DNA of 64,000 nt from an uncultured Gemmatimonadales bacterium (lineage in GTDB: Bacteria; Gemmatimonadota; Gemmatimonadetes; Longimicrobiales; RSA9). The stretch is taken from NCBI GenBank assembly GCA_963798845.1, contig CAWCUS010000005.1:192001-256000 (forward strand). Direction: 5' to 3'. The notes under the pieces are model-generated. The model made no database searches, was not told where the DNA came from, and saw only the letters and a program-made list of their open reading frames with translations. Below, piece by piece: positions 40,069 through 49,841 of this stretch (position 1 is the stretch's first letter; each line of letters starts with the position of its first letter). Both the position numbers and the translations under genes were made by a program.

Positions 40069-43000
40069 CTACCCTGCCGTCGCCTGCGCCTCCAGCGCGA
40101 TGCGCTCCAGGCGGCGGCGCTCCGGCCGACGCTCGAACGCCAGGTACAGTGCCGGGGTGACGGTCAGCACCAGGATCGTGGAGCTCGCCAGTCCGCCGAT
40201 CAGTGCGTACGCGAGCGCGTTCCAGATGTTCTCGTTGGCGGACGCGCTGAAGAGGACCAGAGGGAGGAGACCGACGATCGTGGTCGTGCTCGTCATCAGG
40301 ATCGGCCGCACGCGCTCGAGCGTCCCGCGCAGCACCGCGGGCTGGAGCGCCATTCCCTCCCCGCGCCTGAGCTGGTTGATGTGGTCCACCAGGAGAATCG
40401 CGTTGTTCACCACGATGCCGCCCATCATGATGACACCGATGTAGGCTTCCCGGGTGAAGCTTGCGCCCGTGCAAGAGAAGACCAGGAAGACACCCACGAG
40501 TGCCATCGGCACGGTCAGCAGCACGGTCAGCGGCTGGCGCAGCGACTCGAACAGCGCCGCCGTCATCATGAACACCAGCAGGATGGAAAGGGCGAGGACG
40601 CCGAAGACCTGGCGCTGCTCTTCCTCGTTCCAGCGCCACTCGTCGCCCGTCTCGAGGCTGTATCCGGGCGGCAGAAACGTGTTGGCGATGACCGCCTCCT
40701 GGATGCGGTCGCCGAGCCGGGTCGGACCCCGGAACTCATACGCGACGAACCGCCTGTAGCGCTGGTCCTCCCGCTCGATCCGGCTCAGGACGTTCCGCTC
40801 CTGGAGCGTCGCCACGTCGCCGAGACGAACGGCGGATCCGCCCCGCGTCGGCAACAGCAGGTGCCGCAGCCCCGGCAGGTCCATGTCCCGGTGCCCCGCC
40901 AGCTTGACGGAGAACCGCACTTCCTCCCCCGCCACCCGCATCTCCACATCGCTGGCGCTGCTTCGCGTGGCGGCCGTCACCTGCCACACCACGTCCCGGG
41001 CCGTCAGGTCGTGAAGCGCCAGCCGCCTCCGGTCGACCGCGAGCACCAGCTCCGTTTCCTTCTCCTGGTACCAGCGGCCGCTGGAGTTCGTGTCCACTTC
41101 CCGGATCCGGCTGAACCGCTCCAGCCGATCGCCCAGGTCCTCGGCGATCTCGCGCACCTTCTCGTAGTTGTACCCGGACACCTCGATCGAGTAGTTGGGC
41201 GGGCTGTTCCCGCCACCGTAGAAGGATGGACCGTAGCCGTAGACGCGCACCTCCATCCCGCCGAACCGATGGCTGTACGCGAGCAGCTGCTCCTTGATGG
41301 CCGCAGGGATGCTCGTCGCCTCGAGCGAGTCGAGAAACGTCACCTGGATGCTCCCGGAGGCGGGCTGCACGCGGGTCACGAACCGGTCCACCTCCGCGAT
41401 CGTCCGCAGCTTTCCCTCGAAATCACGGAGCAGCCCATCGACGCGATCGATGTCCTCGCCCTGCGGCATCCGCGCCTGGATCTCGATGTAGTCGTCCTGG
41501 CCCCACCAGTCGCCCCAGAGCACACCGCGCGTCACGTACGCGTCGAACAGGCGGTATGACCCTCCGAGCAGGGCCAGCGCCACGATCACGGTCATGACGG
41601 GATGCCGGAGGGTGAAGCCGACCAGGGCGGCGTACAGCCGGATGTACCACGGGGGGCGCCGTTCCTCCCGCCCGCCGCCCGGGCGCGGCGCCGGATCCGC
41701 GCCCGCGGCCCTCCGCCGCGGCCAGCTACGGAGAATGGCCTGGCCCTGCTCGTCGGGAGGGACGCCCACCAGGATCCGACTCGCGACGCCGGGGATGAAG
41801 CTGAAGGCGACGAACAGGCTCGCCACCAGGCTGAATCCGACGACGACGGCCAGCGGCACATAGTAGGCCTGGAGGTCGCCCTGGAGGTAGACGAAAGGGA
41901 TCAGGACCACCACGGTCGTGAGGGTGGCGGCGAGGATCGGCAGGACGACGTCACGCGCCCCGCGCTCCGCGGCGGCTGCCGGGGCGTCGCCGAGGTTGCG
42001 GCGACGGAAGACGTTCTCGAGCACGACGATGGCGTTGTCCACGATCAGGCCGAAGCCCATGGCGATCCCCATGAGCGTCAGGACGTTCAGCGTGAGCCCG
42101 CCGAAGTAGATGAGGTTCAGCGTGATGAGCACGCTGAACGCGATGGTGGCGAAAACGATCCCCGCGGAGACGAGCGACCCGAGGAAGACGAGCAGGACCA
42201 GGAAGATCGCGCCCGCGGCCACGAGCGCTCTGATCCTCAGGTCGGAGAGCTGGGCGCGCACCGCGTCGCTCTCATCCTCGTCCAGGATCAGGCGGGTGCC
42301 CGGCGGGTTGAGCGCCTCGATGGCGGCGAGCCTCGCCTTCACCGCGTCCGCCACCCGCACCACGTTGCTCCCGGACTCCTTGTGCACCGTGAAGCTCACG
42401 GCCGGGAAGCCGTCGATCCGGTAGTAGCTGCGGGCGTCCTCGAATGTGTCGTGGACCACCCCAATGTCGGAGACGCGGATGACGCGGCCGCGGGTCGTCA
42501 ACACCGGAAGGGCGAGGACGTCCGCGACGGACTCCGCCCGGTGCCGGATGGCGACGGTCCGGACCAGCCCCTCGTCCTCGACCCGGCCGGCTTCCTTGAC
42601 GTACTCCAGCGACTGGATCTTCTCCCGGACCACGTAGGGGGAGAGGCCGAGCGCCTCCAGGCGCGCCGGATCGAGCTCGATCTCGAGGAGCCGGTCGCGG
42701 CCGCCGTGAACCTCCACGTCGCTCACGCCCGAGAGCCGTGTGATCTCCGGCGCGAGCACGTCCTGCACGTGGGCGCGCAGCGCCTCCGGCGTGTACGGTC
42801 CCGTCACCGTGTACTCGAGAAATGGCTTCTGCTGTTCCTGGAACTCGTGCGGTACATACGGGAAGACCTGCGGGACCACGCGCGCCGGAAGCTCCTCTCG
42901 GGCGGCGGCCAGCCGTTCCGACAGCTCCAGCCGAGCAAAATCCATGTCCGTGTGCTGTGAGAACTCCACCTGGATTGTGGCCCGCCCGGCCTCCGACGTG

Positions 43001-43239
43001 GACAGCACCTTCTCCACGCCCCGGAGCCGCTGCACCACCCTCTCCACGGGCGAGGCGACGAACGCTTCGACCGCTTCGGGCGACGACCCGGGCCACTGGG
43101 CCTGGACCGTCAGGCGGGGCAGCTGCGTGTCCGGCAGCAGCTCCAGCGGAATGTTCCGCCACGCCGCGAACCCGAGCAGCGCGATCGCCACGTAGGTCAT
43201 GGTCACCGCCACCGGCCGGCGGATGGCCAGGCGGATCAA
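40069..43239 (-). CDS. RND efflux permease (AcrB/AcrD/AcrF family), subunit 2
   Basis: IRRPVA N-terminus; GLIVDNAIVVLEN and RVRPILMT motifs; 1056 aa. Confidence 0.93.
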   Translation of the reverse strand: MIRLAIRRPVAVTMTYVAIALLGFAAWRNIPLELLPDTQLPRLTVQAQWPGSSPEAVEAFVASPVERVVQRLRGVEKVLSTSEAGRATIQVEFSQHTDMDFARLELSERLAAAREELPARVVPQVFPYVPHEFQEQQKPFLEYTVTGPYTPEALRAHVQDVLAPEITRLSGVSDVEVHGGRDRLLEIELDPARLEALGLSPYVVREKIQSLEYVKEAGRVEDEGLVRTVAIRHRAESVADVLALPVLTTRGRVIRVSDIGVVHDTFEDARSYYRIDGFPAVSFTVHKESGSNVVRVADAVKARLAAIEALNPPGTRLILDEDESDAVRAQLSDLRIRALVAAGAIFLVLLVFLGSLVSAGIVFATIAFSVLITLNLIYFGGLTLNVLTLMGIAMGFGLIVDNAIVVLENVFRRRNLGDAPAAAAERGARDVVLPILAATLTTVVVLIPFVYLQGDLQAYYVPLAVVVGFSLVASLFVAFSFIPGVASRILVGVPPDEQGQAILRSWPRRRAAGADPAPRPGGGREERRPPWYIRLYAALVGFTLRHPVMTVIVALALLGGSYRLFDAYVTRGVLWGDWWGQDDYIEIQARMPQGEDIDRVDGLLRDFEGKLRTIAEVDRFVTRVQPASGSIQVTFLDSLEATSIPAAIKEQLLAYSHRFGGMEVRVYGYGPSFYGGGNSPPNYSIEVSGYNYEKVREIAEDLGDRLERFSRIREVDTNSSGRWYQEKETELVLAVDRRRLALHDLTARDVVWQVTAATRSSASDVEMRVAGEEVRFSVKLAGHRDMDLPGLRHLLLPTRGGSAVRLGDVATLQERNVLSRIEREDQRYRRFVAYEFRGPTRLGDRIQEAVIANTFLPPGYSLETGDEWRWNEEEQRQVFGVLALSILLVFMMTAALFESLRQPLTVLLTVPMALVGVFLVFSCTGASFTREAYIGVIMMGGIVVNNAILLVDHINQLRRGEGMALQPAVLRGTLERVRPILMTSTTTIVGLLPLVLFSASANENIWNALAYALIGGLASSTILVLTVTPALYLAFERRPERRRLERIALEAQATAG

Positions 43240-46200
43240 GGCGCCTCCCGGACCGCGCCGCCCCCCGCCGCTCCCGCCGACCCGGCCACTCTCGCGGCGT
43301 GGGCAGTGGCGTCCCGGTCCTTCCCGGGCCCGCCCGTGCCGAAGACGCGCAGCCGAACCTCCTCGAGGAGGTCGTACGCGACGGGAACGACGATCAGGGT
43401 CAGGGCGGTCGCCGTCAGCAGACCCCCGATCACGGATACGGCGAGAGGCGCCCGCAGGTCGGCGCCGCGCCCGATGCCCAGGGCCATCGGCAGGAGTCCG
43501 AGCACGGTGGTGACCGTGGTCATGACGATCGGCCGGAGCCGCGCCCTCCCTGCCTCCAGGATCGCGTCGTGCACGGATGCTCCACGTGCGCGCGCCTGGT
43601 TGATGAAGTCCACCTTCACAATGGCGTCGTTCACCGCGATTCCCACCAGGATGACGACGCCGATCAGGCTCATCGTGTTGAGTCCGGCACCGGTGAGCCG
43701 CAGCGCTGCGATGGCGCCGATGAGGGCCAGCGGAACGCTCAGCAGGATCGTGAACGGGTGGAGGAACGACTCGAACTGGGCCGCCAGGATCATGTACACC
43801 AGGAGGAGCGCGAGCCCGAACGCGAACCCGAGATCGCGGAAGCTCTGACCCATCTCCTCGTTCTCCCCGCCGATCTCCACCCGGAGACCGCGCGGGACGG
43901 GCGCCTGCGCCGCGATTGCGGCGTGGATGGCCTCGACAGCCGACGCCAGGCCGGCGCCCGCCACATCGGCGTAGACGGGGATGACCCGGCTCTGTTCGCG
44001 GCGCTGAATCTCGCTCGGGCCCAGCGCTTCGGTGACCCGGATGAGCTCGCGCAGCGGCACGCCCTGGACCGACAGGCGGTCCAGCGTGCCCAGCGATCGA
44101 CGCTGGGACTCGGGCAGCCGGACCATGATCGGGACCTTCCGGTCGAACTCCACCAGCTCGGTGGCGACGTGCCCGAGCATGTACCGCTCCACGGCCTCCG
44201 CCACGAGGCGCGTGTCGATCCCGTGCGCGGCAGCCCGCTCGCGGTCGATCTCCACCTGCACCTCCGGCTGTCCGAGCTCGAGCCCGAGCCGCACGTTCTC
44301 CAGCGAGGCGACGTGGGCTAGGACATGCTCCAGCCGCTCGGCGTACCGCAGCGTCGCGCCATCGTCCTCACCGCGGATCCGCACTGCCACGTCCGCTTCC
44401 GCGCCGCCCAACAACCGCCCCAGCCCGGTGGCCTGCCCCGTCTCCACGCTCACCACGCCCGCGGGGAACTGTCGGAGTGCCGGCCTCAGATGCTGCAGCG
44501 CGTCCCCGGTGGCGGCGCGCGCGGCCAGCCGAACGTCCAGCATGGCGGTGTTCAGCCCGCTCTCCCGCTCATCCATTCCCGAAACGGCCGCTTCCCTGCC
44601 CACCCGGCTGAAGACGGCGTCCACGCCCGCGGTCCCGCGCAGTAGCGATTCGAGCCGCGTCACCACCTCGGCCGTCTGCTCCAGCGACGTTCCCTTCGGC
44701 AGCTCCACTCGGACGCGGAACGAACCCTGGTCCACATCGGGGAGCACGCTGCGTGGCAGCGTCCACGCCGTGGCGGCCGCGGCGAGGACGAGGGCGAGGG
44801 TCACCAGGACCACCCGGCGACGCCGTCTCAGGGAGCGCTCTAGGATGCCGTGGTACCAGTCCGCAAAGCGGGTGAACTGGCGGTCGAAGGCGGCCAGCGA
44901 GGGGCCAAACACGCGCCCCGCGGCGGCGCCGGCCCCCCGGCCCAGCCGGCTCAGCCGGCCCCGCACGGCAGAGACGTCCTCGTCGCCGTGCGGGTGCCAG
45001 CGCGCCGCCATCGCGGGCAGGAGCGTGAGGGCGACCACGAGACTGGCGAGCAGCGAGAACGCCACGGCCAGGGAGAGCGCGCCGAAGAGCTCCCCGGCCA
45101 CCCCCTTCACGTAGACGAGGGGACCGAACACGCTGATGGTCGTGAGCGTCGACGCGGTGATCGCCCCCTGGACCTCCTCCGCTCCCAAGGCCGCGGACTC
45201 CGGCGTGGTGGTCTCCACGCCCGCACCCTGCAGCTCGCGGTGCCGGAAGACGTTCTCCAGCACGATGATGGTGTTGTCCACCAGCATACCCACACCGAGC
45301 GCGAGGCCGCCCAGGCTCATGATGTTGAGCGACACCCCGGCCAGGTCCATGAGCGAGAACGCCGCGAGCACGGAGATGGGGATGGCCAGCGCGATGGCCA
45401 CGGGGAAGCGCGCGTCGCGCAGGAACAGGAACAGGACGAGGAACGCGAGGAGCCCACCCAGAAGCAGCGCCTGCACCACGTTCGAGATCGCATCGGAGAT
45501 GAACCCGGCCTGGCTCATCGCCACATCAGCGTCCAGGTCACGGTACTGCCCTCGCAGCTGGCTCAGGACCCCCTCGACTTCCTGCGCCACCCGCACCGCG
45601 TTGGCGTCGGACTCCTTGAACAGCAGCAGCCCCACGGCCTCGGCGCCGTTGTACTTCGCTGACGACGTCCGCTCTTCGTAGCCGTCCCGGATCGTCGCGA
45701 CGTCCCGGAGCGCGACCATTCCGCTCGCGGCCCGCCCCTCGGTCCCGCCGCTCGCCGATCCCCCGTTCGCCGATCCGCCGCCACTCCGCCCCGGGCGGGC
45801 CACCACCACGTCGCCGATCTCGGCGACGGACTCGAACTCGCCCAGCGTCCGCAGGTGATAGCTGAAACGGCCCCGCCGCACGGTGCCACCGGGGAGACTG
45901 TAATTCGCGGCGGCCAGCGCCTCCGAGATCCCGTCCAGCGTCACGCCGTACGCCTCCGCACGGCGCGGATCCACATCCACCTGGATCTCCCGCTCCAGTC
46001 CGCCCGTGACCGCCACCTGCGCCACACCGTCGATCTGCTCCAGGCGACGACGGAACACGGATTCCGCCAGCTCCTTCAGCGCTCGCAGGTCGCGCGGGCC
46101 AGCCAGCGAGATCGCCATCACGGGCTCGCTCCGCGGGTCCGTGCGCAGCAACACCGGGTCGTCCGACTGCTCGGGAAGCACGTGGGACAGCGTCTGAAGC

Positions 46201-46532
46201 CGCTCCCGAACGTTCAGCACCGCGAAGTCCATGTCCGTGCCCCAGGCGAACCGGACCGTGACCAGCGACACTCCCTCCCGACTCACGCTCTCCACGTCCC
46301 GCACGCCGGAGACGCGGGCGATCTGCCGCTCGATCGGCTCCGTGACGAAGCGCTCCACTTCCGCCGGCCCCACGCCCGCGTACCCCGTGTGAATGACGAG
46401 CTTCGGGTACGCCACGTCGGGCAGCAGGTCGATGGGGAGGCGCGCGAAAGAGATGAGCCCGAGAACGGCCACGGCCACGAAGAACATGGCCACCGCCACG
46501 GGGCGGGCGATGGATCGGCGCGGAAGGCTCAT
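43236..46532 (-). CDS. RND efflux permease (AcrB/AcrD/AcrF family), subunit 1
   Basis: GMLVDNTIIVLEN, AQFES and RLRPIVMT motifs; 1098 aa. Confidence 0.94.
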   Translation of the reverse strand: MSLPRRSIARPVAVAMFFVAVAVLGLISFARLPIDLLPDVAYPKLVIHTGYAGVGPAEVERFVTEPIERQIARVSGVRDVESVSREGVSLVTVRFAWGTDMDFAVLNVRERLQTLSHVLPEQSDDPVLLRTDPRSEPVMAISLAGPRDLRALKELAESVFRRRLEQIDGVAQVAVTGGLEREIQVDVDPRRAEAYGVTLDGISEALAAANYSLPGGTVRRGRFSYHLRTLGEFESVAEIGDVVVARPGRSGGGSANGGSASGGTEGRAASGMVALRDVATIRDGYEERTSSAKYNGAEAVGLLLFKESDANAVRVAQEVEGVLSQLRGQYRDLDADVAMSQAGFISDAISNVVQALLLGGLLAFLVLFLFLRDARFPVAIALAIPISVLAAFSLMDLAGVSLNIMSLGGLALGVGMLVDNTIIVLENVFRHRELQGAGVETTTPESAALGAEEVQGAITASTLTTISVFGPLVYVKGVAGELFGALSLAVAFSLLASLVVALTLLPAMAARWHPHGDEDVSAVRGRLSRLGRGAGAAAGRVFGPSLAAFDRQFTRFADWYHGILERSLRRRRRVVLVTLALVLAAAATAWTLPRSVLPDVDQGSFRVRVELPKGTSLEQTAEVVTRLESLLRGTAGVDAVFSRVGREAAVSGMDERESGLNTAMLDVRLAARAATGDALQHLRPALRQFPAGVVSVETGQATGLGRLLGGAEADVAVRIRGEDDGATLRYAERLEHVLAHVASLENVRLGLELGQPEVQVEIDRERAAAHGIDTRLVAEAVERYMLGHVATELVEFDRKVPIMVRLPESQRRSLGTLDRLSVQGVPLRELIRVTEALGPSEIQRREQSRVIPVYADVAGAGLASAVEAIHAAIAAQAPVPRGLRVEIGGENEEMGQSFRDLGFAFGLALLLVYMILAAQFESFLHPFTILLSVPLALIGAIAALRLTGAGLNTMSLIGVVILVGIAVNDAIVKVDFINQARARGASVHDAILEAGRARLRPIVMTTVTTVLGLLPMALGIGRGADLRAPLAVSVIGGLLTATALTLIVVPVAYDLLEEVRLRVFGTGGPGKDRDATAHAARVAGSAGAAGGGAVREAP

Positions 46533-47932
46533 CCGCCCGCGCCAACCGGTCCGGCGACCTTCTCCTCGAGCTGGAGGAGCGCTTCGGCGAACTGGTGGTG
46601 CGCATCGAGCACGTGTCGCTCCGCGTCCGCCACCTGCTCGCTCATCTGGCTCAACGCCACGTAGTCCAGCGTACCCCGGCGGTAGAGCTCCTGACCCTGC
46701 GCCAGGCGTTCCCGGGCGATGCCGGCCGAGCGCTCGGCGAGCTGCACGGCCTGGTAGCCGTTCGACAGGTCGATGACGGCCGCGCGGACCGCGCCCTCCA
46801 GCCCGAGGCGCGCCTCCCGCAGCCCCGCCCGCGCGTTGTCCGCGTCCAGGGCCGCCCCGGCCACGGTCGCCGCCGTCTGCAAGCCCGTGAAGAGCGGGAT
46901 CCCGACGCGAAGCCCGAAGCCCCAGCTCGAGTTGCCGGGGTTCAGCTCCCGGAACGCCGTGTACTCGCTCAGGCTCGCGCTCCGCCCCCAGCTGTAGTCC
47001 AGCCGCACCGACGGGAAGCGCGCCGCCCGCGCCACCGCCACCGCGCGCTCCGCCGCCGCCGCCCTCGCCTCCGCTTCCGCCAGCGTCGGACTCCCGCTCA
47101 CCGCGCGGTCCACCAGCGCGGCCACGTCGAGCTCCACCGGATCGAACAAGGCGGGAAAGCCGTCGGTGGGTGCGAACGCGCGCTCCAGCGGGACACCCAT
47201 GGCCTGGTTGAGCACGAGCGCGGCTTTCCTCGCCTCGCCCCGCGCGCTCGCCAGCGACTGCTCCGCCTGCGCCACCGCCAGCTCGGCCCCCAGGACGTCC
47301 GTGGGCTGCTTCGCGGCCACCCGCAGCAGCTCCCTGATCGCGGACAGCTGGTCCTCCGCCGTCCTGAGCACCCGCACTTCCACCCCGATCAGCTCCCGCC
47401 GCTGCACCAGGTTGAAGTAGGCACGCCCCACCGAGGTCCGCAGCGCGGCCGCGTCCCGCGCGACCGCCAGCTCCTCCGCGCTCGTCCGGGCGCGTGCCAG
47501 GCCGTACCGGCGGATCGCGGCCAGGTCGAACACGGCCAGGTCACCGCCGAGGCCCTGCGACGTGCTGCTCGTCGTGTTCCTCTCGAAGGAAGGGGACTCC
47601 TTCGGCTGACCGAAGTCGTCGAACGCGGTCCTGGTCCGGGACGTGCTGCCCCGGAAGTCGACCGACGCCGACAGCGACGGCAGCATCTGGCCCAGGCTCC
47701 GCCGCTCCTCCTCCTGCGCCGCCGAGACGGCGTTCACGGCGCGCACGTGGAGCGGGCTGTTCTCGAGCGCCAGCGCCACGGCCGCGGCCAGCGTGAGCGG
47801 CTCCGGTTCCCGGCTCCCGGGGAGCTCAGCTTCCTGCGCTCGAACGGCGCCGGGCGGGAGAATTCCCGGACTCAGCGCCGCCCCGACTGCGATGACCCGG
47901 CTCGCGCGCCGCCAGCTCCCCCGGCCGCTCAT
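46529..47932 (-). CDS. TolC family outer-membrane efflux protein
   Basis: Signal peptide; LTLAAAVALALENSP; two OEP repeats; start ATG overlaps the MFP stop. Confidence 0.88.
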   Translation of the reverse strand: MSGRGSWRRASRVIAVGAALSPGILPPGAVRAQEAELPGSREPEPLTLAAAVALALENSPLHVRAVNAVSAAQEEERRSLGQMLPSLSASVDFRGSTSRTRTAFDDFGQPKESPSFERNTTSSTSQGLGGDLAVFDLAAIRRYGLARARTSAEELAVARDAAALRTSVGRAYFNLVQRRELIGVEVRVLRTAEDQLSAIRELLRVAAKQPTDVLGAELAVAQAEQSLASARGEARKAALVLNQAMGVPLERAFAPTDGFPALFDPVELDVAALVDRAVSGSPTLAEAEARAAAAERAVAVARAARFPSVRLDYSWGRSASLSEYTAFRELNPGNSSWGFGLRVGIPLFTGLQTAATVAGAALDADNARAGLREARLGLEGAVRAAVIDLSNGYQAVQLAERSAGIARERLAQGQELYRRGTLDYVALSQMSEQVADAERHVLDAHHQFAEALLQLEEKVAGPVGAGG

Positions 47933-49101
47933 CGCGGCCTCTCCTCTGCGGTCCGGCCGAAGTCGTCCACCAGCCGGACCGTGGCGTCGTGCGTCAGCGT
48001 GAAGTGCCCCGCGGTGAGCACGATTTCCCCCGGCTCCACCCCCTCGGTCCCGGCGCTCTCCACGATTTCGACCAGGTCCGCGTTCTCGCGGCCGGTCGTC
48101 ACGTACCGCCACTTCGCGCGCCCATGCTCGTGCACGAACAGCATGGTACGGCGGTCCCGCTCGAGGATCGCCGACCGGGGAACCAGAATGCGGTCGGGGA
48201 TCCGCTCCGCCTCGAGCTCCACGCGCGCGTACATCCCGGGGAGGATCCGGCTGGCCGGGTTGGGGACCAGCACCGTCACCCGCGCCATCCGCGTCGTCTC
48301 GTCGACCAGCGGGTTGATGGTCCGGATGGTCCCGGTCAGCGCCTCGTCCGGAAAGGCGGCGAAGCGGATCTTCGCTTGCCCGCCGGGCACCAGATGCGAC
48401 AGCTCCCCCTCCAGCACCTGCACCTGGAGCCGGATCGGGTCCAGGTCCACGACCGTCATCAGCTCGCCCCCCGCCGCCACCTGCTGTCCCGAAACGACCT
48501 TCACCGACGCCACTCTCCCGGGGAACGGCGCCCGCACGCGCGTGCGGTCGAGGTCCAGCTTCGCCTTCCGCAGCTGGATCTCCGCCCGGTCGAGACCGCT
48601 CTTCACCCTCGCCGCCTGCTCCCGCTCACCCCGCACTTCCGCGCTCAGCCGCCCATCGAACAGCAGCTGCTCCCGATACCTGGCCTCCGCCTCCCGCCTC
48701 GCCGCTTCCGCCTCCGCCACCGCCAGCGCCCGGTCCAGCGTGTCCAGCACGGCCACCACCTCGCCCCCGGCCACGCGGCCCGCTTCGCGCACAGGAACTT
48801 CGGTCACCCGCCCGCCCACTTCCGCCACCACCGTGGCGCGCTGCCACGCCGCCGCTTCTCCCGACGCGCTCACGGACAGCACCAGCGTGTCCCGCACCGC
48901 GGCCACGCCTTGCACCGGGATGGCCACATCGATCCCGAACGCCGACGCCGCCGACGTCGGGCCCGCAGCCGCTTCGGGGGCGCCCAGAGCAGCGTCCTCC
49001 GCGGCCGAGTGGGCATTGTTCCGCGCGTACACCCCGGCGCCGAGTGCGGCCGCGACGACCACCGCGCCGGCCGCTCCGACAGCTCGCTTCGTCAAGAGCA
49101 T
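47929..49101 (-). CDS. RND periplasmic adaptor (MFP) subunit
   Basis: Lipoyl-like halves (EVGGRV..V.V.E; VRAPFPGRV) and ILPGMYA motif. Confidence 0.92.
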   Translation of the reverse strand: MLLTKRAVGAAGAVVVAAALGAGVYARNNAHSAAEDAALGAPEAAAGPTSAASAFGIDVAIPVQGVAAVRDTLVLSVSASGEAAAWQRATVVAEVGGRVTEVPVREAGRVAGGEVVAVLDTLDRALAVAEAEAARREAEARYREQLLFDGRLSAEVRGEREQAARVKSGLDRAEIQLRKAKLDLDRTRVRAPFPGRVASVKVVSGQQVAAGGELMTVVDLDPIRLQVQVLEGELSHLVPGGQAKIRFAAFPDEALTGTIRTINPLVDETTRMARVTVLVPNPASRILPGMYARVELEAERIPDRILVPRSAILERDRRTMLFVHEHGRAKWRYVTTGRENADLVEIVESAGTEGVEPGEIVLTAGHFTLTHDATVRLVDDFGRTAEERPR

Positions 49102-49297
49102 CGCTGAACCGCTTTTCGGACGTGGGGCGAAACGGCAGGGGACCGCTTCGCAACGGGAGGCCCGGCGCCAGAGCCTCTATCGTAATGCGCGGGATGGGGG
49201 CCTACAATGTCGGAAAGGGACAGCCGCCAAGGAGCGGGAAATCGGGGCCGGGACAGCGTCGCCCGGCAGGGTCACGACGCCGTCGCCCGGTCGCGGC

Positions 49298-49555
49298 TCA
49301 GCCGTCGCGACCCTGCCGGCGGCCGAGCTCCTGGCGCAGGCGCTGGACGGCGGCCTCCTCGCGCTCGTGCTGCCGGAGCAGGATGCTGGCGGCATCGTCG
49401 CGCCCGTTGGCCTGGGCTTCGGCTATGAGCCGGCGGTAGCGTGCCAGAGCATCGACCCGTTCATCCAGCTCACGCTCGAGCGGGTCCTGATTCGAGCCCT
49501 GACGGTCGGCCTGCTCCCAGAAGAGGTCCAGGCCAGGATTGCGCCGCTTGTCCAT
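49298..49555 (-). CDS. Small helical hypothetical protein (85 aa)
   Basis: GGGGAG SD; MDKRRNPGLDLFWEQ...LERELDERVDALARYRRLIAEA...; helical charge pattern. Confidence 0.65.
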   Translation of the reverse strand: MDKRRNPGLDLFWEQADRQGSNQDPLERELDERVDALARYRRLIAEAQANGRDDAASILLRQHEREEAAVQRLRQELGRRQGRDG

Positions 49556-49585
49556 TGCGATCTCCCCGAGCTGGCGGAGTAACGG

Positions 49586-49624
49586 AAGAAAAACGCGGGG
49601 CGTCACGGGTGAGACGCCTCCGCG
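49586..49624 (-). terminator. Intrinsic terminator located upstream of the 85-aa ORF
   Basis: CGCGGAGGCGTC-TCACCCGT-GACGCCCCGCG followed by TTTTTCTT. Confidence 0.7.
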
Positions 49625-49841
49625 ATCCGGGTGGCCGAGGCTGCAAAGCCCATTCCTTTCGGCGCGCGGTTCGGCCCCCCGTTTGCGTTGGCCCACGCCG
49701 AGGCCTAGCGTTGCCGGCCGGGCCTTTCCCTCCCACGAGGAGTCAGCACGTGAAGCCGACCCCCCAGAGCGGTCTTCCGGCCGCCCCCCCGCCCGGACTC
49801 GACCGGCGGACGGTTGTGTGGCGCAAAAGGACGGGGGTGCG

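Noticed and set aside
46595..49582. Very long antisense ORFs (995 aa here; also 12095-14503, 31263-33518, 56312-58918, 59071-61287, 61646-63994)
   Set aside because: These are shadow frames of real high-GC genes, with Arg/Gly/Pro/His-rich text and no recognisable motifs.
49620..49745. Assignment of the leader to SAM-I/IV, c-di-GMP-I or 6S RNA
   Set aside because: Only short words match (GAGGGA..GGCCC, CCGGCAAC, GCAAAC, GAAA loop), and I could not build the required helices. Left as an unassigned candidate.
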